Shown piece by piece: positions 37,185 through 39,412 of a stretch of 39,412 nt of DNA. Below the pieces are notes generated by a model. It was not told where the DNA came from. It saw only the letters and a list, made by a program, of their open reading frames with translations, and did not search any database. The DNA lies in the IMG/VR virus record IMGVR_UViG_3300007983_000009, positions 1 to 39,412 of that record, one strand, 5' to 3'. Position numbers and translations under genes: made by a program. Every line of letters begins with the position of its first letter. The stretch's first letter is position 1. The DNA is from a virus. Its lineage: Duplodnaviria; Caudoviricetes.

Positions 37185-37514
37185 ATGAAGATTGAAACAG
37201 ACACCAAAGCTATTGAAAAGGCTAAGCAAATAGCACAGCAGACCAACCTTGGGAAGCAGAGTGGGCTTACCTACAACGAAATGCTTGAGGCGGCACAGAT
37301 ACTCATCCTCAATGCATTGAGTTCTGGTGGAGAGCGCACCGACTCGGAGTTGTTCAGCCTTTCTGGAATGAATCTAAATTACGCATGCGGCGTACTTTGC
37401 AACGCGAGAGATATACTTGTAAAAAGAGGAATTGTGTCAAAGGAACACCGCATGGTTGACCATGTTTCAATGCACTTCTACGCGCTGCAAGGCGCTCCCC
37501 TTTTGCCTAAGTAG
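37185..37514 (+). CDS. Hypothetical protein, possible winged helix
   Basis: ILNAL..G.RT.SEL....LVKRGIV pattern. Confidence 0.55.
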   Translation: MKIETDTKAIEKAKQIAQQTNLGKQSGLTYNEMLEAAQILILNALSSGGERTDSELFSLSGMNLNYACGVLCNARDILVKRGIVSKEHRMVDHVSMHFYALQGAPLLPK

Positions 37515-37521
37515 TTAAAAT

Positions 37522-38427
37522 ATGACACCCACACCACAGCTTAGAGAGAATTACCTGCCGAACCATCGTAAGACGGTTCTAGGGTACAAAGACTACCTAG
37601 CCGAACGTCAGTACCGTCTCCCTGCGAACGGTTCACAGGCGATGTTCGATGTGTACGCCCTGTACGCCCTCTGGTGGGATATTGGTCGCGGTAAGGGTGA
37701 CTACGGCTACCAAGACACCAAAATCGTGCCACAAAAGCGTGCAGAACGCGTAAATCGCACGTTTGAGGAAGCAGTCTATACTCTCGGAAAGCGTATATCT
37801 GAGTTTATGATTTACGCTTGCTACGAAGAGGCATTGACCGCCGAGGAAGACGACATCATCCCTTCGGAGGTAGTCGCCAACTACGTGAAAAGCGCCCCCG
37901 TCGGCGGCATAAAGGTGAACCCGACAGGCGCACCCGAGCGTGACCTAGAGGGCGCAGCAGAGAACCAGACGTACTCTACGTGGATAGACGAGCCAGCACC
38001 TTACGAAATCAGCGTGGTCGCACCTACAGCTGAGGACTTGGTTACATTGTTTCAAGCTCCGTTTTGGGCTGATTACACTAAGATTAAAGGCGTGACTCAG
38101 TACGGCGGCGAGAAGTGGGTTAAGATGGTGGAGTTAGCTCAAGAGCTCCTCGGAGCTATCAAGACCCGCTCCAAGTCAGCTGCGGACGTGATGGGCATTA
38201 TAGACAAGATATACGACGCTCACCACAACACAGGCAGCCTGTTCAACAAGGACGCTGCCGCTCAGTTCAATCTTACGGTCAGTCAGAGCGACTTAGACAT
38301 CCGTGCGCGTCTGCGCAAGCCGTCCGAGTTCGTCCCATACGTATCCAAGCCTGTGGCTGAACTTATTCAGGGATCCCGCCTACATGTAGAGTCCGAAGCA
38401 GACAGTTACCTTGAGCAATGCCTGTAG
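37522..38427 (+). CDS. Hypothetical conserved phage protein
   Basis: YGGEKW...IDKIYD.HHNTGSLFNK motif; TAGTTA-N4-ATG upstream. Confidence 0.72.
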   Translation: MTPTPQLRENYLPNHRKTVLGYKDYLAERQYRLPANGSQAMFDVYALYALWWDIGRGKGDYGYQDTKIVPQKRAERVNRTFEEAVYTLGKRISEFMIYACYEEALTAEEDDIIPSEVVANYVKSAPVGGIKVNPTGAPERDLEGAAENQTYSTWIDEPAPYEISVVAPTAEDLVTLFQAPFWADYTKIKGVTQYGGEKWVKMVELAQELLGAIKTRSKSAADVMGIIDKIYDAHHNTGSLFNKDAAAQFNLTVSQSDLDIRARLRKPSEFVPYVSKPVAELIQGSRLHVESEADSYLEQCL

Positions 38428-38454
38428 GAAATTCGTTAAACATATATAATTAAC

Positions 38455-38949
38455 ATGAAAAAATCAAAAGCACTCTCCTTGATGGATAAGGGGTACCGAA
38501 CGGTCAGCCGAGCCTCTAGTCTTTTAGCCAGAGTTGATAGTCCTGACTGGAAGCTTATCGCTAACACGGAAGACCCGGACTTGTACCGCAGGACTCATAC
38601 ACGAGACGTAATCAAAGTATCTGCTGACGTGTGCAGGCAAGTCTCGTCAAGCTCTACCGATGTTGGATACGTCCCACACGCAGACTGTCCTGTTAAAAGA
38701 GTGGTGGCTGACATGCTGGTTAACGGTAAGCAGGAAACTCATATTTTCGAGGTGATTATTTCCAACACAAAGAAAACTGTCAAATTCGGGCACTGGTGTT
38801 TGCGCGGAAGTGACCCAAAAGCTTTTGTTTACACCTTTCCTTACACGATAGACAAAGCAATCAACAGGCAGCTTGAGGAGAAGGGCTTGCCGATTAGGAT
38901 AGAAGGACTAAATTTGATTGCTGTTAAACCCATATCGACACGAACATGA
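38455..38949 (+). CDS. Hypothetical protein
   Basis: TATAAT 4 nt before ATG. Confidence 0.62.
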   Translation: MKKSKALSLMDKGYRTVSRASSLLARVDSPDWKLIANTEDPDLYRRTHTRDVIKVSADVCRQVSSSSTDVGYVPHADCPVKRVVADMLVNGKQETHIFEVIISNTKKTVKFGHWCLRGSDPKAFVYTFPYTIDKAINRQLEEKGLPIRIEGLNLIAVKPISTRT

Positions 38950-39412
38950 ACGACCAAGCAAACAAACTTCTTCCTGATGTTCCTATCCAGGAATCTTTCT
39001 CACGCATCGCACAGATTATGCGCGGTCTCGTACCGTCTGTGCGCACCATCGGCATCGTGACAGCCGAGAACCCGATGGGTGAGGCTTTGCCCACCGCAGA
39101 GAACAAGACGCGTAACGAGAGGCTGAGAAAAGTGCTCAAGCGCGGCAATTACGGCTTTACTCAGGTAAAAGGCAAATACGGCAACGTCGAGAACCCTTAC
39201 ATCGTGTACAACATTCAGAAGGATAGCCTCGTCCACCTTGCCAAGCATTATGGGCAGGAGTCTGTCATTTTCGGCTACACGACTGATGAAGGCATGACCT
39301 TCGAGTATATCGAGCGTCCCAAGGATGCCCCGAACTACTCCGTGCAAGGCGAACGTGACGTGTTCCTGCACGTGGACGACGATGTTGAGGACTTCTACAC
39401 GGAGGTGAAGGG
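38946..39412 (+). CDS. DUF3293/SAM-lyase-like protein (3' truncated; not in ORF track)
   Basis: My translation: MNDQANKLLPDVPIQESFSRI...GIVTAENPMG...NERL...VKGKYGNVENPY...LAKHYGQESVIFG; ATGA-coupled and open to the window end. Confidence 0.65.
   Translation, partial: MNDQANKLLPDVPIQESFSRIAQIMRGLVPSVRTIGIVTAENPMGEALPTAENKTRNERLRKVLKRGNYGFTQVKGKYGNVENPYIVYNIQKDSLVHLAKHYGQESVIFGYTTDEGMTFEYIERPKDAPNYSVQGERDVFLHVDDDVEDFYTEVK

Noticed and set aside
1-39412. Stop-codon reassignment as in some large phages
   Set aside because: Conserved genes are full length in the standard code and end in TAA, TAG and TGA.
1-39412. Bacterial contractile injection system or integrated prophage
   Set aside because: Primase, recombination nucleases, neck protein and early-type genes indicate a phage; no integrase, att site or host housekeeping genes are visible.

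Overview
Gene-dense fragment of a large, probably lytic, contractile-tailed (myovirus-type, distantly T4-like) phage genome read in the standard genetic code. Virion genes (tape measure, sheath, tube and two tube-like paralogs, tail terminator, neck, baseplate hub and spike, tail chaperone) are interleaved on both strands with DNA-metabolism genes (split SbcC/SbcD, primase, 5'-3' exonuclease, dCMP deaminase, C5 methyltransferase), a tandem GroES, a receiver domain, a nucleotidyltransferase and two glycosyltransferases. Small hypothetical, probably early, genes lie at the right end. Main observations: (1) a roughly 1.05 kb, extensively base-paired + strand RNA-like element at about 32150-33200 that I cannot assign to a known class; (2) three classes of short motif at fixed distance from start codons (TAKTTA-N4-start, YGTTCTW-N5-7-start and a 36-bp repeat) that sort with gene function and suggest a programme of leaderless transcripts; (3) a methyltransferase whose motifs are split across two overlapping reading frames; (4) a probable +1/-2 frameshift in the tail chaperone; (5) three dispersed beta-rich paralogs and a shared A[DN][KR]LL[EP] peptide in unrelated small proteins. 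All functional calls come from motif recognition by eye; no database searches or folding programs were run.
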